From: an uncultured Dehalococcoidales bacterium
GTDB taxonomy: Bacteria > Chloroflexota > Dehalococcoidia > Dehalococcoidales > UBA5627
NCBI GenBank assembly: GCA_964399425.1
Contig: CAYNQR010000005.1
Span: 5,883-69,882, forward strand
Length of the DNA stretch: 64,000 nucleotides
Direction of reading: 5' to 3'
Program-made: the position numbers and the translations under genes
The notes under the pieces: model-generated
Seen by the model: the letters and a program-made list of their open reading frames with translations, nothing else
Databases searched by the model: none
What the model was told of the DNA's origin: nothing
Shown: positions 45,478 through 55,694 of the stretch, one piece after another
Layout of the letters: each line of letters opens with the position of its first letter
Numbering within the stretch: the first letter of the stretch is position 1

Positions 45478-46485
45478 ATGTTTTGGAAAGCTATCAAACA
45501 AATATATCGAATACTAGTCTCCATGAAATTTGCGCTGGTAATACTGGTAGTGCTGGCAATATTCATGATAGCGGGGTCGTTTTTATCGAGCGACCTGTTT
45601 ACGAGTTCATATCTGTTTGCTGTTTTATGCATACTGCTTCTGTTATCGTTGTTTTCGTGCTGCATAAAGCGAATAATCGGTGTCTTTCACATTATAAAAA
45701 ATACCGATAAGAAGAGTATCCGTGCATGGGTAAGCTATTGCGGCTCGCCTGTGATGCACATAGGGATACTGCTGATAATTGTCGGGATGTTTATGAGTCC
45801 GTTCACCGGTTTTAGCGATACGGCAAAACTGACTGCCGGACAAACGTATGTAGAAGACAATGCCGGGTTCGAAGTAAGGCTTGCCTCCTTTGAAATTGTC
45901 TATGGTGAAAACCATCAAATCAGCGACTATATCAGTACTGTAATAGTAACAAATGATGGAAAAGAGGTATTAACCAGGGAAATAACGGTAAACAGTCCTC
46001 TTATATACAAAGGGGTGAAGTTTTATCAATCGACATATGGCTGGGCGGCAAAAGTAAAGATAGCAGAAACGGAATCTTCGGAAGTGCTTCTGGACAGTGT
46101 ACTGAAGATGCCGGTGTTCTCCAGCGGCATCGGGGATGTTTCATATTCGATATACGACAAGGAAACCGGAACAACCATTACCCAGCGTTTTATGGTAATT
46201 CCCGACCAGGTGTCGAAAGGCACGGTGAACAATCTGAGTCCTTTGCCGAACAATCCGGCGCTCTTTTTCATACTGTACTCTGATTCAGAGATAGCGATTA
46301 TAAAAGATGTAGCTCTGGGAGAAAGCGAAGATGTCGGCGGGCTGATCGTCTCGTTCGAAGGTCTGGAATATTATACCGGGCTGGAGGTCGGCAGCAAACC
46401 TGAACTGCCGGTAGTTTTTGCGGGGTCACTAATATTCATTGTCGGTTTGATAATAGTGTTTTATGTACGTAAATCGACCTGGTAA
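45478..46485 (+). CDS. ccsB: cytochrome c biogenesis protein CcsB/ResB (System II)
   Basis: ResB-like N-terminus (FWKAIKQIYRILVSMKFALVILVVLA), a large extracytoplasmic loop and a C-terminal TM. Adjacent to ccsA. Confidence 0.7.
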   Translation: MFWKAIKQIYRILVSMKFALVILVVLAIFMIAGSFLSSDLFTSSYLFAVLCILLLLSLFSCCIKRIIGVFHIIKNTDKKSIRAWVSYCGSPVMHIGILLIIVGMFMSPFTGFSDTAKLTAGQTYVEDNAGFEVRLASFEIVYGENHQISDYISTVIVTNDGKEVLTREITVNSPLIYKGVKFYQSTYGWAAKVKIAETESSEVLLDSVLKMPVFSSGIGDVSYSIYDKETGTTITQRFMVIPDQVSKGTVNNLSPLPNNPALFFILYSDSEIAIIKDVALGESEDVGGLIVSFEGLEYYTGLEVGSKPELPVVFAGSLIFIVGLIIVFYVRKSTW

Positions 46486-46503
46486 TATTTTGGAGGTTAC
46501 AGA

Positions 46504-47316
46504 TTGAGTGTTGAGTTTATCTTGTTTTTTATAGCGCTGGCGCTATACCTGTTGAGTTTGGTTGCCTTTGTGAGCGCATTCATTTTCACAAAGAGCAAAG
46601 GTACAAAGGCGGGAGTCTGGTTAACTCTTGGAGCGGTGCTGATAAACGGAACGTCCCTGGTTTGCCGCTGGATAACTTCGGGATATCCGCCGCTAAGCGG
46701 TACCTATACGACATTATCGCTTTTCTCGTTCTTCATGGGGTTGTTATTGTTATTCTTTATTGTTAAACGCTGGGGAAAGACAGAGATACTGGGCACCGGT
46801 ATTATATCGGTGATTTTGATAGCAATGCTGGTTGCTTTTATCAATTACAGTGAAGCGGGCTCTCTCCCGGTAGCACTCAGGAGTTACTGGTTATTCATTC
46901 ATGTCCCGACCGCTATATTCTCATATGCTCTATTTGGAGTAGCGGCGGTATGCGGGGCGCTTTATCTGCTGAAAAGCAAAAAACAGGGTGAGGAATCGAG
47001 CGAGGAAAAGGCTCGCGATCTCGATGTTGTAGATAATATGGTATACCGCTCTGCAGCCGGCGGGTTTATTCTGCTTACGATCGCGATTGTGACCGGTGCG
47101 GTATGGGCGGAGAGCGCCTGGGGAAGCTACTGGAGTTGGGATCCGAAAGAGACATGGAGCCTGATTACATGGTTTGTATACGCCATATTCCTGCATACCA
47201 GGTTGGTAAAGGGATGGAGGGGTAGGAAGGCAGCCATAGTAGCGATAATAGGATTTGTAGCCGTGATATTCACCTATTTTGGAGTCAACCTGATAGGCGG
47301 ACTGCATTCATATTAA
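46504..47316 (+). CDS. ccsA: cytochrome c biogenesis protein CcsA/ResC (System II heme handling)
   Basis: Trp-rich heme-handling motif WGSYWSWDPKETWS and a polytopic membrane protein. TTG start with GGAGG SD. Confidence 0.85.
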   Translation: MSVEFILFFIALALYLLSLVAFVSAFIFTKSKGTKAGVWLTLGAVLINGTSLVCRWITSGYPPLSGTYTTLSLFSFFMGLLLLFFIVKRWGKTEILGTGIISVILIAMLVAFINYSEAGSLPVALRSYWLFIHVPTAIFSYALFGVAAVCGALYLLKSKKQGEESSEEKARDLDVVDNMVYRSAAGGFILLTIAIVTGAVWAESAWGSYWSWDPKETWSLITWFVYAIFLHTRLVKGWRGRKAAIVAIIGFVAVIFTYFGVNLIGGLHSY

Positions 47317-47331
47317 TAATGGAGAGGGAAA

Positions 47332-47922
47332 ATGCAAATTGAGGAAGAATTGTCGCAGGTATTGCCGCAGAAAGAAACGCTGTTGACGATAGGCACGTTC
47401 GATGGAGTTCACATAGGGCACAAGTACCTGATAGCTCAACTGAGAGCACATGCCGGGAGTCAAAACCTGCAAAGCGTAGTGATAACCTTCCGTCAGCCTC
47501 CGCGAACGGTATTGTCATCTCATGCCAATCTGACGATATTGACCGCTATCGATAAAAAGATAGAACTCATAAAGAAAGAAGGAGTAGATATAGTAATACC
47601 ATTGTCATTTACTCCTGAGGTAGCAGAAATGAGCGCGCGGGAATTTGTCGGTTTGCTGAAAAGGCATCTAAGGATGAGAGGACTGGTAGTCGGATATGAC
47701 TTTGCTCTTGGAAGGAACAAGGAAGGCGATTATGAAGAGCTTTGTAAAATAGGCAAAGAGCTTGATTTTAACGTAATCGAAGCTTATTGCAGAAGGATAC
47801 GCGGAGAAATTGTAAGCAGTACGGCTATCAGGAAAGCGTTGACCAGCGGGGACAAAGAAAGAGCTTTCGACATGTTAGGCTGGGGACGGGAACTGGAAAT
47901 ATCACGGAGTTGTACTTGTTGA
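47332..47922 (+). CDS. FMN adenylyltransferase (FAD synthetase) domain only; RibF homologue lacking the riboflavin kinase domain
   Basis: IGTFDGVHIGHKYLI nucleotidyltransferase motif and ISSTAIRKAL. The ORF ends at 196 aa, where the riboflavin kinase domain of bifunctional RibF would begin. The 63-nt downstream spacer has no kinase coding. Confidence 0.7.
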   Translation: MQIEEELSQVLPQKETLLTIGTFDGVHIGHKYLIAQLRAHAGSQNLQSVVITFRQPPRTVLSSHANLTILTAIDKKIELIKKEGVDIVIPLSFTPEVAEMSAREFVGLLKRHLRMRGLVVGYDFALGRNKEGDYEELCKIGKELDFNVIEAYCRRIRGEIVSSTAIRKALTSGDKERAFDMLGWGRELEISRSCTC

Positions 47923-47985
47923 GAGAGCAATAATCGACATGAAATAAACATGTCAAGAATTAAGAAATGTTTTATTGGAGGTTAA

Positions 47986-48897
47986 ATGAACATAGTACTA
48001 CAAACTAACTGGGGCTGGGAAATAGCGGTTTACCTGTTTTTAGGAGGTTTATCGGCCGGGATTCTCTGTGTCTCAGCTATAATTAACCTTGTTACTAAAG
48101 ACAAATTTAAAGATACGATAAGATTTGGGTCGTGGGCTGGGGTAGTTCTTTTAACTATAGGTGTCTTTTTGTTATTACTGGATGTAGGGCTGCCAATGCG
48201 TGCCATCATATTATGGCAAAGTTTCATACATCTGGACTCATGGATGGCTTTTGGAGCCTGGTTCTTGTTTGTCGGCATAATCATTTACGGCATTTATGCT
48301 CTTTCTAATACAACGTTGGTAACAAGTAGATTTAAATTTTTGTTGAAATTTAGAACGGCATTGGCTGTAATAATAATACCGTTATCGTTAGGCATAGCTA
48401 TCTATACAGGATTGTTATTAGGTGTTTTATATCCTCATCCGTTATGGAATACATGGTGGTTACCGGTACTATTTACGGTATCAGCGCTCGATACGGGTGT
48501 GGTATTTGTTATCGGTTATGCGGTTTTAGGCGAACCAAGCATGAAGGACGGATTAATCCGCCTGAAAAGAGTATTGGAAGTATCAACGGTTGTGTTGATA
48601 CTTTTAGAAGGGGTAATACTGACGCTCTATCTGACAACGGTAGCATCATCGGGAGGAGTAGCTGCTGCATCGGTCGAGATATTGACGTCAGGTATACTCA
48701 GCCAACTGTTTTGGATTCTCCTGATTGGATGCGGTTTAGCTTTACCACTAATAATCAGCGTTCTTTTACTTATACGCCATGATTTAGCCGAAAAGACATG
48801 GTATTTTCTACCGATGCTGGGAGTATCGTTGTGCCTGGTCGGAGGTTTTACTTTAAGGTATATAGTACTCATGGCGGGGCTGCCGATACATGTATAA
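47986..48897 (+). CDS. NrfD/PsrC-like polytopic membrane subunit (putative quinol-interacting)
   Basis: About 8 TM segments over 303 aa, immediately upstream of and overlapping a Tat-targeted 4x[4Fe-4S] protein. The assignment rests on context and topology rather than on a recognised motif. Confidence 0.6.
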   Translation: MNIVLQTNWGWEIAVYLFLGGLSAGILCVSAIINLVTKDKFKDTIRFGSWAGVVLLTIGVFLLLLDVGLPMRAIILWQSFIHLDSWMAFGAWFLFVGIIIYGIYALSNTTLVTSRFKFLLKFRTALAVIIIPLSLGIAIYTGLLLGVLYPHPLWNTWWLPVLFTVSALDTGVVFVIGYAVLGEPSMKDGLIRLKRVLEVSTVVLILLEGVILTLYLTTVASSGGVAAASVEILTSGILSQLFWILLIGCGLALPLIISVLLLIRHDLAEKTWYFLPMLGVSLCLVGGFTLRYIVLMAGLPIHV

Positions 48898-48913
48898 TGG
48901 AGGAATGAATAAC

Positions 48914-49930
48914 ATGAAAGAAAAAGATATTTCCAAGGAAAATTCACAAGCAGTGATGACCCGCAGGGAATTCGTAGGGGCGGTTGGAGCTGGAATCGGC
49001 GCCATATGTATACTGGGAGCGCCGGGTATTGTGGCTGCTGCAAAAGAATCCGATACTCGTATAAGATCCATTTTGTACGATTCGACAAAGTGTATCGGGT
49101 GTCATACCTGCGAGAAAGCCTGTAAAATAGTTAACAATCTGCCGGGAAGTGTCGGAACTGTTAATAATACAACCGGTACGACAGTTGAAACAACTTCCAC
49201 AACAACATCACAAACAACAACTGATACTATTGTTGTCGCTGAGTCAACTCCGGCTCCGACAGTGACTGTTGGCGGGGGACTTGATGCAGATACATGGTTG
49301 AAAGTGACTGTTGAAGAGAAAACACTGTCAGGCGAGGGGCAAGGTTATTTATGTGCCCGTCTTGCCTGTATGCACTGCGGTTCATGCGCCCAGGTGTGTC
49401 CATCAAAGGCTTTGGTGCAGAGGGAAGACGGAATAGTAACAATGGACCCCGCGAAATGTATCGGATGTCGCTATTGTTACGGGGCATGTCCCTTTGATAT
49501 TCCCAGGTACAGCGAAGACGGATCTATGAGGAAATGCATTATGTGCTATGGGCTGGTAGATGAAGGCAAAAAGCCTGCTTGTGTGGAAGCCTGTCCGACC
49601 AATGCATTAACGTTTAGGTATAGAGACGAGCTTGTAAGGGATGGGAAGGAACGTGTTTCCGAACTTGTAGAGGAGGGTTATAGCGATGCCTATTTATATG
49701 GAGAGAAGGAGCTTGGCGGAACTCCCTTGATGTATGTTCTGCCGCACTCATACGGCCTATACGGTTTGCCGAAGCTGCCGTTGGAAGCGCAGAAACCGGT
49801 AACATGGAAGGATTTTACAATACCTGTTGGTATAGTTGCCGGTTTGGCTGCCCTGGCTTTTGGAGGAATCACTTATATCAAGAACAGGGGAGAAAAGGTA
49901 GTTAAAGAGGGAACTTCAAAAGACAAATAA
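48914..49930 (+). CDS. Tat-exported 4x[4Fe-4S] ferredoxin-type subunit (NrfC/HybA/DmsB-like) with Thr-rich insertion and C-terminal TM anchor
   Basis: TRREFVGAVGAG Tat motif with an AAA cleavage-like site. Cys groups CIGCHTCEKAC, CMHCGSCAQVCP, CIGCRYCYGACP and CIMC...CVEACP. C-terminal TM IPVGIVAGLAALAFGGITYI. The tracked ORF starts at 48890, but the ATG at 48914 is better spaced from GGAGG. Confidence 0.8.
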   Translation: MKEKDISKENSQAVMTRREFVGAVGAGIGAICILGAPGIVAAAKESDTRIRSILYDSTKCIGCHTCEKACKIVNNLPGSVGTVNNTTGTTVETTSTTTSQTTTDTIVVAESTPAPTVTVGGGLDADTWLKVTVEEKTLSGEGQGYLCARLACMHCGSCAQVCPSKALVQREDGIVTMDPAKCIGCRYCYGACPFDIPRYSEDGSMRKCIMCYGLVDEGKKPACVEACPTNALTFRYRDELVRDGKERVSELVEEGYSDAYLYGEKELGGTPLMYVLPHSYGLYGLPKLPLEAQKPVTWKDFTIPVGIVAGLAALAFGGITYIKNRGEKVVKEGTSKDK

Positions 49931-49964
49931 ACGACGCAGTATAATCAATCGTATATCAATAGAT

Positions 49965-49995
49965 AAAAAGGGAAATGCAAGATATTTCCCTTTTT
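49965..49995 (+). terminator. intrinsic terminator after the flavin/cytochrome operon
   Basis: AAAAAGGGAAAT...ATTTCCCTTTTT: a 7-bp GC core extended by an A/T run, located 35 nt after the stop. Confidence 0.7.
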
Positions 49996-50026
49996 AGTTA
50001 ATATTGAGTCATAAAAAGAGGTAAAG

Positions 50027-51223
50027 ATGGTCTTATCGAGTATAGAAGAAGCAATCAAGGATATAAAAGAGGGCAAGTTCGTTATCATAGTCGATGACGA
50101 AGACCGCGAAAACGAGGGCGACCTGGCGATAGCCGCTGAAAAGGTATCCACCGAAGCTGTCAACTTCATGGTGAAGCACGCTCGCGGATTGGTATGTTTA
50201 CCCATAAAAGGTGAACGGCTGGATGAACTGGCAATCCCGATGATGGTATCGCATAACACATCGAAGTTTACCACTGCATTCACGGTATCGATAGAAGCCA
50301 AGCATGGAGTCACCACTGGTATATCGGCGAAGGACAGGGCAGAGACGATAAAGGCGGTCATAAATCCGGAAACCAAACCGTCTGACATAGCTCGTCCCGG
50401 GCATATATTTCCGTTAAGAGCCAGGGAGGGCGGGGTACTTGTCAGGGCAGGGCATACCGAAGCGGTAGTGGATTTGGCGAAGATGGCGGGGTTGTATCCG
50501 GCCGGCGTCATTTGTGAAATCATGAGTGAAGACGGCTCGATGGCAAAGCTGCCGGAACTGAAAGAAATCGCCGACAAATTCGGTATAAAAATAGTCAGCA
50601 TAGCCGACCTGATAACCTACAGGCGCCGGCATGAAAAGCTGGTAAAGCGTGTAGCTGAAGCGAAGTTGCCGACCCGCTACGGTGAATTCAGGATAATCGC
50701 TTATAAGAGCGACATGGATGCCGACCGGCATGTGGCGCTGGTGATGGGTGATATAGAAAACGATGAGCCTGTGCTGGTGAGGGTGCACAGCGAATGTCTT
50801 ACGGGAGATGTCTTCGGCAGTATGCGCTGCGACTGCGGGGAGCAAATAGACATAGCTTTACAGATGATAGCCAGGGAGAAACGAGGGGTGCTTTTATATA
50901 TGCGTCAGGAGGGGAGAGGTATCGGTCTTCATAACAAGATATGCGCATATGAATTGCAGGATAACGGACTGGATACAGTTGAAGCCAACCTCTCGCTGGG
51001 GTTTCCGCCGGATTTAAGGGATTACGGCATCGGGGCGCAGATACTTAACGATTTGAAGCTGAATAAAATAAGAATGCTTACCAATAACCCGAAGAAGGTC
51101 ATCGGGCTTGAGGGGTACGGACTGGAAGTGGTTGAAACGGTACCGATAATCATCAAGCCTAATCAATACAACAAGCGGTATCTGGAAACGAAGAAAGAAA
51201 AGATGGGGCATATACTGGAATAG
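50027..51223 (+). CDS. ribBA: bifunctional 3,4-dihydroxy-2-butanone-4-phosphate synthase / GTP cyclohydrolase II
   Basis: DHBP synthase N-half ([18 protein letters not shown]) and GCH II C-half ([27 protein letters not shown]). Confidence 0.9.
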   Translation: MVLSSIEEAIKDIKEGKFVIIVDDEDRENEGDLAIAAEKVSTEAVNFMVKHARGLVCLPIKGERLDELAIPMMVSHNTSKFTTAFTVSIEAKHGVTTGISAKDRAETIKAVINPETKPSDIARPGHIFPLRAREGGVLVRAGHTEAVVDLAKMAGLYPAGVICEIMSEDGSMAKLPELKEIADKFGIKIVSIADLITYRRRHEKLVKRVAEAKLPTRYGEFRIIAYKSDMDADRHVALVMGDIENDEPVLVRVHSECLTGDVFGSMRCDCGEQIDIALQMIAREKRGVLLYMRQEGRGIGLHNKICAYELQDNGLDTVEANLSLGFPPDLRDYGIGAQILNDLKLNKIRMLTNNPKKVIGLEGYGLEVVETVPIIIKPNQYNKRYLETKKEKMGHILE

Positions 51224-51253
51224 CAAATAACACTATCTATAGCGGAGGGAATC

Positions 51254-51316
51254 ATGAACAAGAGTATTGAAGGAATGCTGGTCGGAAAAGGATTAAAGTT
51301 TGGTACTATTCGTTAA
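51254..51316 (+). pseudogene. ribH: ribH (lumazine synthase) 5' remnant, 20 codons then stop
   Basis: MNKSIEGMLVGKGLKFG matches the conserved RibH N-terminus (compare Bacillus MNIIQGNLVGTGLKIGIV). The similarity ends at about 51305 and a stop follows at 51314. An IS110-type element lies immediately downstream. Confidence 0.7.
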
Positions 51317-52749
<1,433 letters not shown>

Positions 52750-52862
52750 AGGCTCGATACAACTTTGTGCTACATTCCGTAAAAAAACACCAGAAAACGG
52801 TAAAGCAGTGGGTGTCCGGGGTGGTTTCGGGGTAGGGGAGTGGGGCGTTTTGTGGCTAAAAG

Positions 52863-52936
<74 letters not shown>

Positions 52937-52999
52937 AAGCAGAAATAACATCAATATTTTATAATAATTGGCAACAAGAGTAAAATATTTGCGCTGACT

Positions 53000-53596
53000 T
53001 CAATTATTTTGTTTTTTATTGCCGGTTTTATGAAATCCGTATATAACTAATCCTAAAAGGGCAATACCCGCGATAATAGCGCCAATCCAGCCGAGCAGCG
53101 TCAAACAAGTTACTATGATGCCTGCAATAATCACTCCGGCAAAAATGGAAAAGAAAGCCTGTTTGAATCCGATTCCAAGAAATACCGCTACCAGCGAACC
53201 GGTCCATGCTCCGGTAACCGGTAACGGAATGGCAACCAATAATATTAATCCTAAACTTTTATATTTATGTATCAAACCGCTTCTATTTCTGGCTCTCTCG
53301 AACAACCAGTCGAAAAACCTTTTCATTACAGCAATACGGCTTAACAATTTAGCAGCCGATTCTAAGAATAATAAAATGAATGGAACGGGGAGCATGTTTC
53401 CGATTATGGCTAAAAGGAAAGCGTAAGGCCAAGGAAGTTCCAGAATTTGAATAGCTACAGGAATCGATGCCCTTAACTCAAATATAGGTAAGGCTGAAAT
53501 TAAAATGACTATTAATTCTTTGGCAAGATTTAAATCGAGAATAGAATCTAACAAAAAATTATCCTGTAATATATTAAAACTAAAGCAGTCTAACAA
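53000..53596 (-). CDS. small multidrug-export-like membrane protein (COG2426-type)
   Basis: ALPIFELRASIPVAI...GNMLPVPFILLFLE and four or more TM segments. The assignment is from recalled family features. Confidence 0.5.
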   Translation of the reverse strand: MLDCFSFNILQDNFLLDSILDLNLAKELIVILISALPIFELRASIPVAIQILELPWPYAFLLAIIGNMLPVPFILLFLESAAKLLSRIAVMKRFFDWLFERARNRSGLIHKYKSLGLILLVAIPLPVTGAWTGSLVAVFLGIGFKQAFFSIFAGVIIAGIIVTCLTLLGWIGAIIAGIALLGLVIYGFHKTGNKKQNN

Positions 53597-53719
53597 ACTG
53601 TACGTTAAAAGGTCAAGTCAGTTGTAGGAATTGCTTGACAACCTTTTAACTTCATTGCTAGTATAAGAGTTGTCTTCTATTTATATATATTTTGTATTTG
53701 CGGATTAATGTTTTATTGA

Positions 53720-55606
53720 GTGTTTAAAATGTCAGAATTATTAGATTACATAAATTGCCCCGCGGACTTGAAAAACCTTACAATCAAGCAACTCGAGCAA
53801 CTGGCCGACGAAATAAGGCAGGAACTCGTGTCTGTCGTGACGGTTAACGGCGGACACCTGGCATCCAGCTTGGGAGTCGTTGAACTGACAATTGCTTTGC
53901 ACAGGGTATTTAACAGCCCGGAAGACAAAATAATTTGGGATGTCGGTCACCAGTCTTATACTCATAAGCTGCTGACCGGAAGAAAAGACAAATTCAATAC
54001 GTTGCGTCAATACGGCGGGTTATCGGGATTTACATCGCGCGATGAAAGCCCGCATGACCCTTTCGGAACCGGACATGCCAGCACGTCTGTTTCTGCTGCT
54101 ATGGGGATGGCTAAAGCAAGAGATCTCGCTGGAAAAGACTATCATGTAATCGCCGTAATAGGCGACGGTGCGGCGACCGGAGGCATGGCGCTGGAAGCTT
54201 TTAACAATCTTCCTTATCTCGGTTCGAAATTGATCGTTATTCTCAACGATAATGGTATGTCGATATCTCCGACAGTGGGGGCGTTATCGAAAATTTTCAG
54301 CAAGATACGCTTCGACAAGCGTTATTATCGTGCCAGTGAAAGAAGTAAAAGAATCCTCGATTTTTTACCTCTCGGGAAAAAGTTGTGGGAATTCGGTGAT
54401 AAAATTAAAAGCAGTATCAAGGGCTTTGTTATGCCTACAACGATTTGGGAAGAGTTCGGAATGGCATATATGGGGCCGATCGACGGGCATAATCTGAAAG
54501 ACCTTGAAACAGCCCTGATACAGGCGAGGGATTACAGCCATAAGCCGACATTAATTCATGTATCGACAATAAAAGGTAAAGGGTATACACCTGCCGAAGG
54601 GAATGCGGTTTATTTCCATGGGGTTTCCCCAAAATGCAAGCCCCAGGCGAAAACGGTTCCGACGTACAGCGAGGTATTTGCCCAGACGGTATTGGAGCTT
54701 GCCAGACAGGAACCGAAACTGGTGGTTATTACGCCGGCGATGCCGGAAGGCAATTGTCTAAGCATGGTCCAGAGTGAATTTCCCGATAGAGTTTTCGATG
54801 TCGGTATATGCGAGCAGCATGCCGTAACTTTTGCAGCCGGATTAGCTACGCAGGGTTACATTCCTGTGGTTGCCATATATTCTACTTTCCTGCAGCGTTC
54901 TTTCGACCAGATTATCCACGATGTCTGCCTGCAGGATTTACAGGTCATTTTCGCTATCGACCGCGGCGGGATTGTCGGCGATGACGGTAAGACACACCAG
55001 GGTATTTTCGACTTATCTTATCTATCGCTGATACCGAATTTAATCATATCAGCCCCTAAGGACGAAAATGAGTTGCAGCATTTACTTTATACCGCGACTC
55101 AAACCAAACATCCGATGGCTATCAGGTATCCCCGCAGCGCCGGAACCGGTGCAGTTATGGACAATTCTTTTAAGATAATTCCAATCGGTACGTCGGAGAT
55201 ATTGAAATACGGCAATGATGTTGCCATAATGGCTGCCGGTGCATCAGTGCCTTATGCAGTGCAGGCAGCCGGGGAGTTGTCGTTGAAAGGGATAGAAGCG
55301 ACGGTTATAAACAGCCGTTTTATAAAACCGCTTGATGCCGGTATTATACTGGATACGGCCAGACGGATAAAGCAGATTGTAACCGTAGAGGAAAATGTGC
55401 TTAGCGGCGGTTTCGGCAGCAATGTATTGTCGTTGTTACAGGAAGCCGGCTTATCCGGTATAAGAGTTAAAACGATAGCTATTCCCGACAAGTATGTGGA
55501 ACACGGTACACCATCGATATTGAGGCAAAAGTATGGATTGGATTCCGACGGAATAGCCAGGGAAACAATTGCGCTGTTACCCGAAGTGAAACGGATTCAC
55601 TGTTAA
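53720..55606 (+). CDS. dxs: 1-deoxy-D-xylulose-5-phosphate synthase
   Basis: GGHLASSLGVVELT, WDVGHQSY.HK and GDGA.TGGMA.EA TPP-binding motifs. The likely start is the ATG at 53729. Confidence 0.9.
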   Translation: MFKMSELLDYINCPADLKNLTIKQLEQLADEIRQELVSVVTVNGGHLASSLGVVELTIALHRVFNSPEDKIIWDVGHQSYTHKLLTGRKDKFNTLRQYGGLSGFTSRDESPHDPFGTGHASTSVSAAMGMAKARDLAGKDYHVIAVIGDGAATGGMALEAFNNLPYLGSKLIVILNDNGMSISPTVGALSKIFSKIRFDKRYYRASERSKRILDFLPLGKKLWEFGDKIKSSIKGFVMPTTIWEEFGMAYMGPIDGHNLKDLETALIQARDYSHKPTLIHVSTIKGKGYTPAEGNAVYFHGVSPKCKPQAKTVPTYSEVFAQTVLELARQEPKLVVITPAMPEGNCLSMVQSEFPDRVFDVGICEQHAVTFAAGLATQGYIPVVAIYSTFLQRSFDQIIHDVCLQDLQVIFAIDRGGIVGDDGKTHQGIFDLSYLSLIPNLIISAPKDENELQHLLYTATQTKHPMAIRYPRSAGTGAVMDNSFKIIPIGTSEILKYGNDVAIMAAGASVPYAVQAAGELSLKGIEATVINSRFIKPLDAGIILDTARRIKQIVTVEENVLSGGFGSNVLSLLQEAGLSGIRVKTIAIPDKYVEHGTPSILRQKYGLDSDGIARETIALLPEVKRIHC

Positions 55607-55694
55607 GAGATAATGATATATAATTATACCCGTAACCGTAATATCAGGTATCATAGTTACCTGATTTATTTATTCTTATAATAAAAGGGCGCAG

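Noticed and set aside
49931-50026. FMN riboswitch upstream of ribBA
   Set aside because: The 96-nt spacer is taken up mostly by the upstream operon's terminator and the SD, which is too short for an FMN aptamer, and no conserved FMN-element strings were seen.
49945-50601. 218-aa ORF antisense to ribBA, and other antisense ORFs within ribBA (50198..50404, 50414..50845)
   Set aside because: They overlap a confidently identified conserved gene. No SD and no recognisable motifs, so they are treated as spurious.
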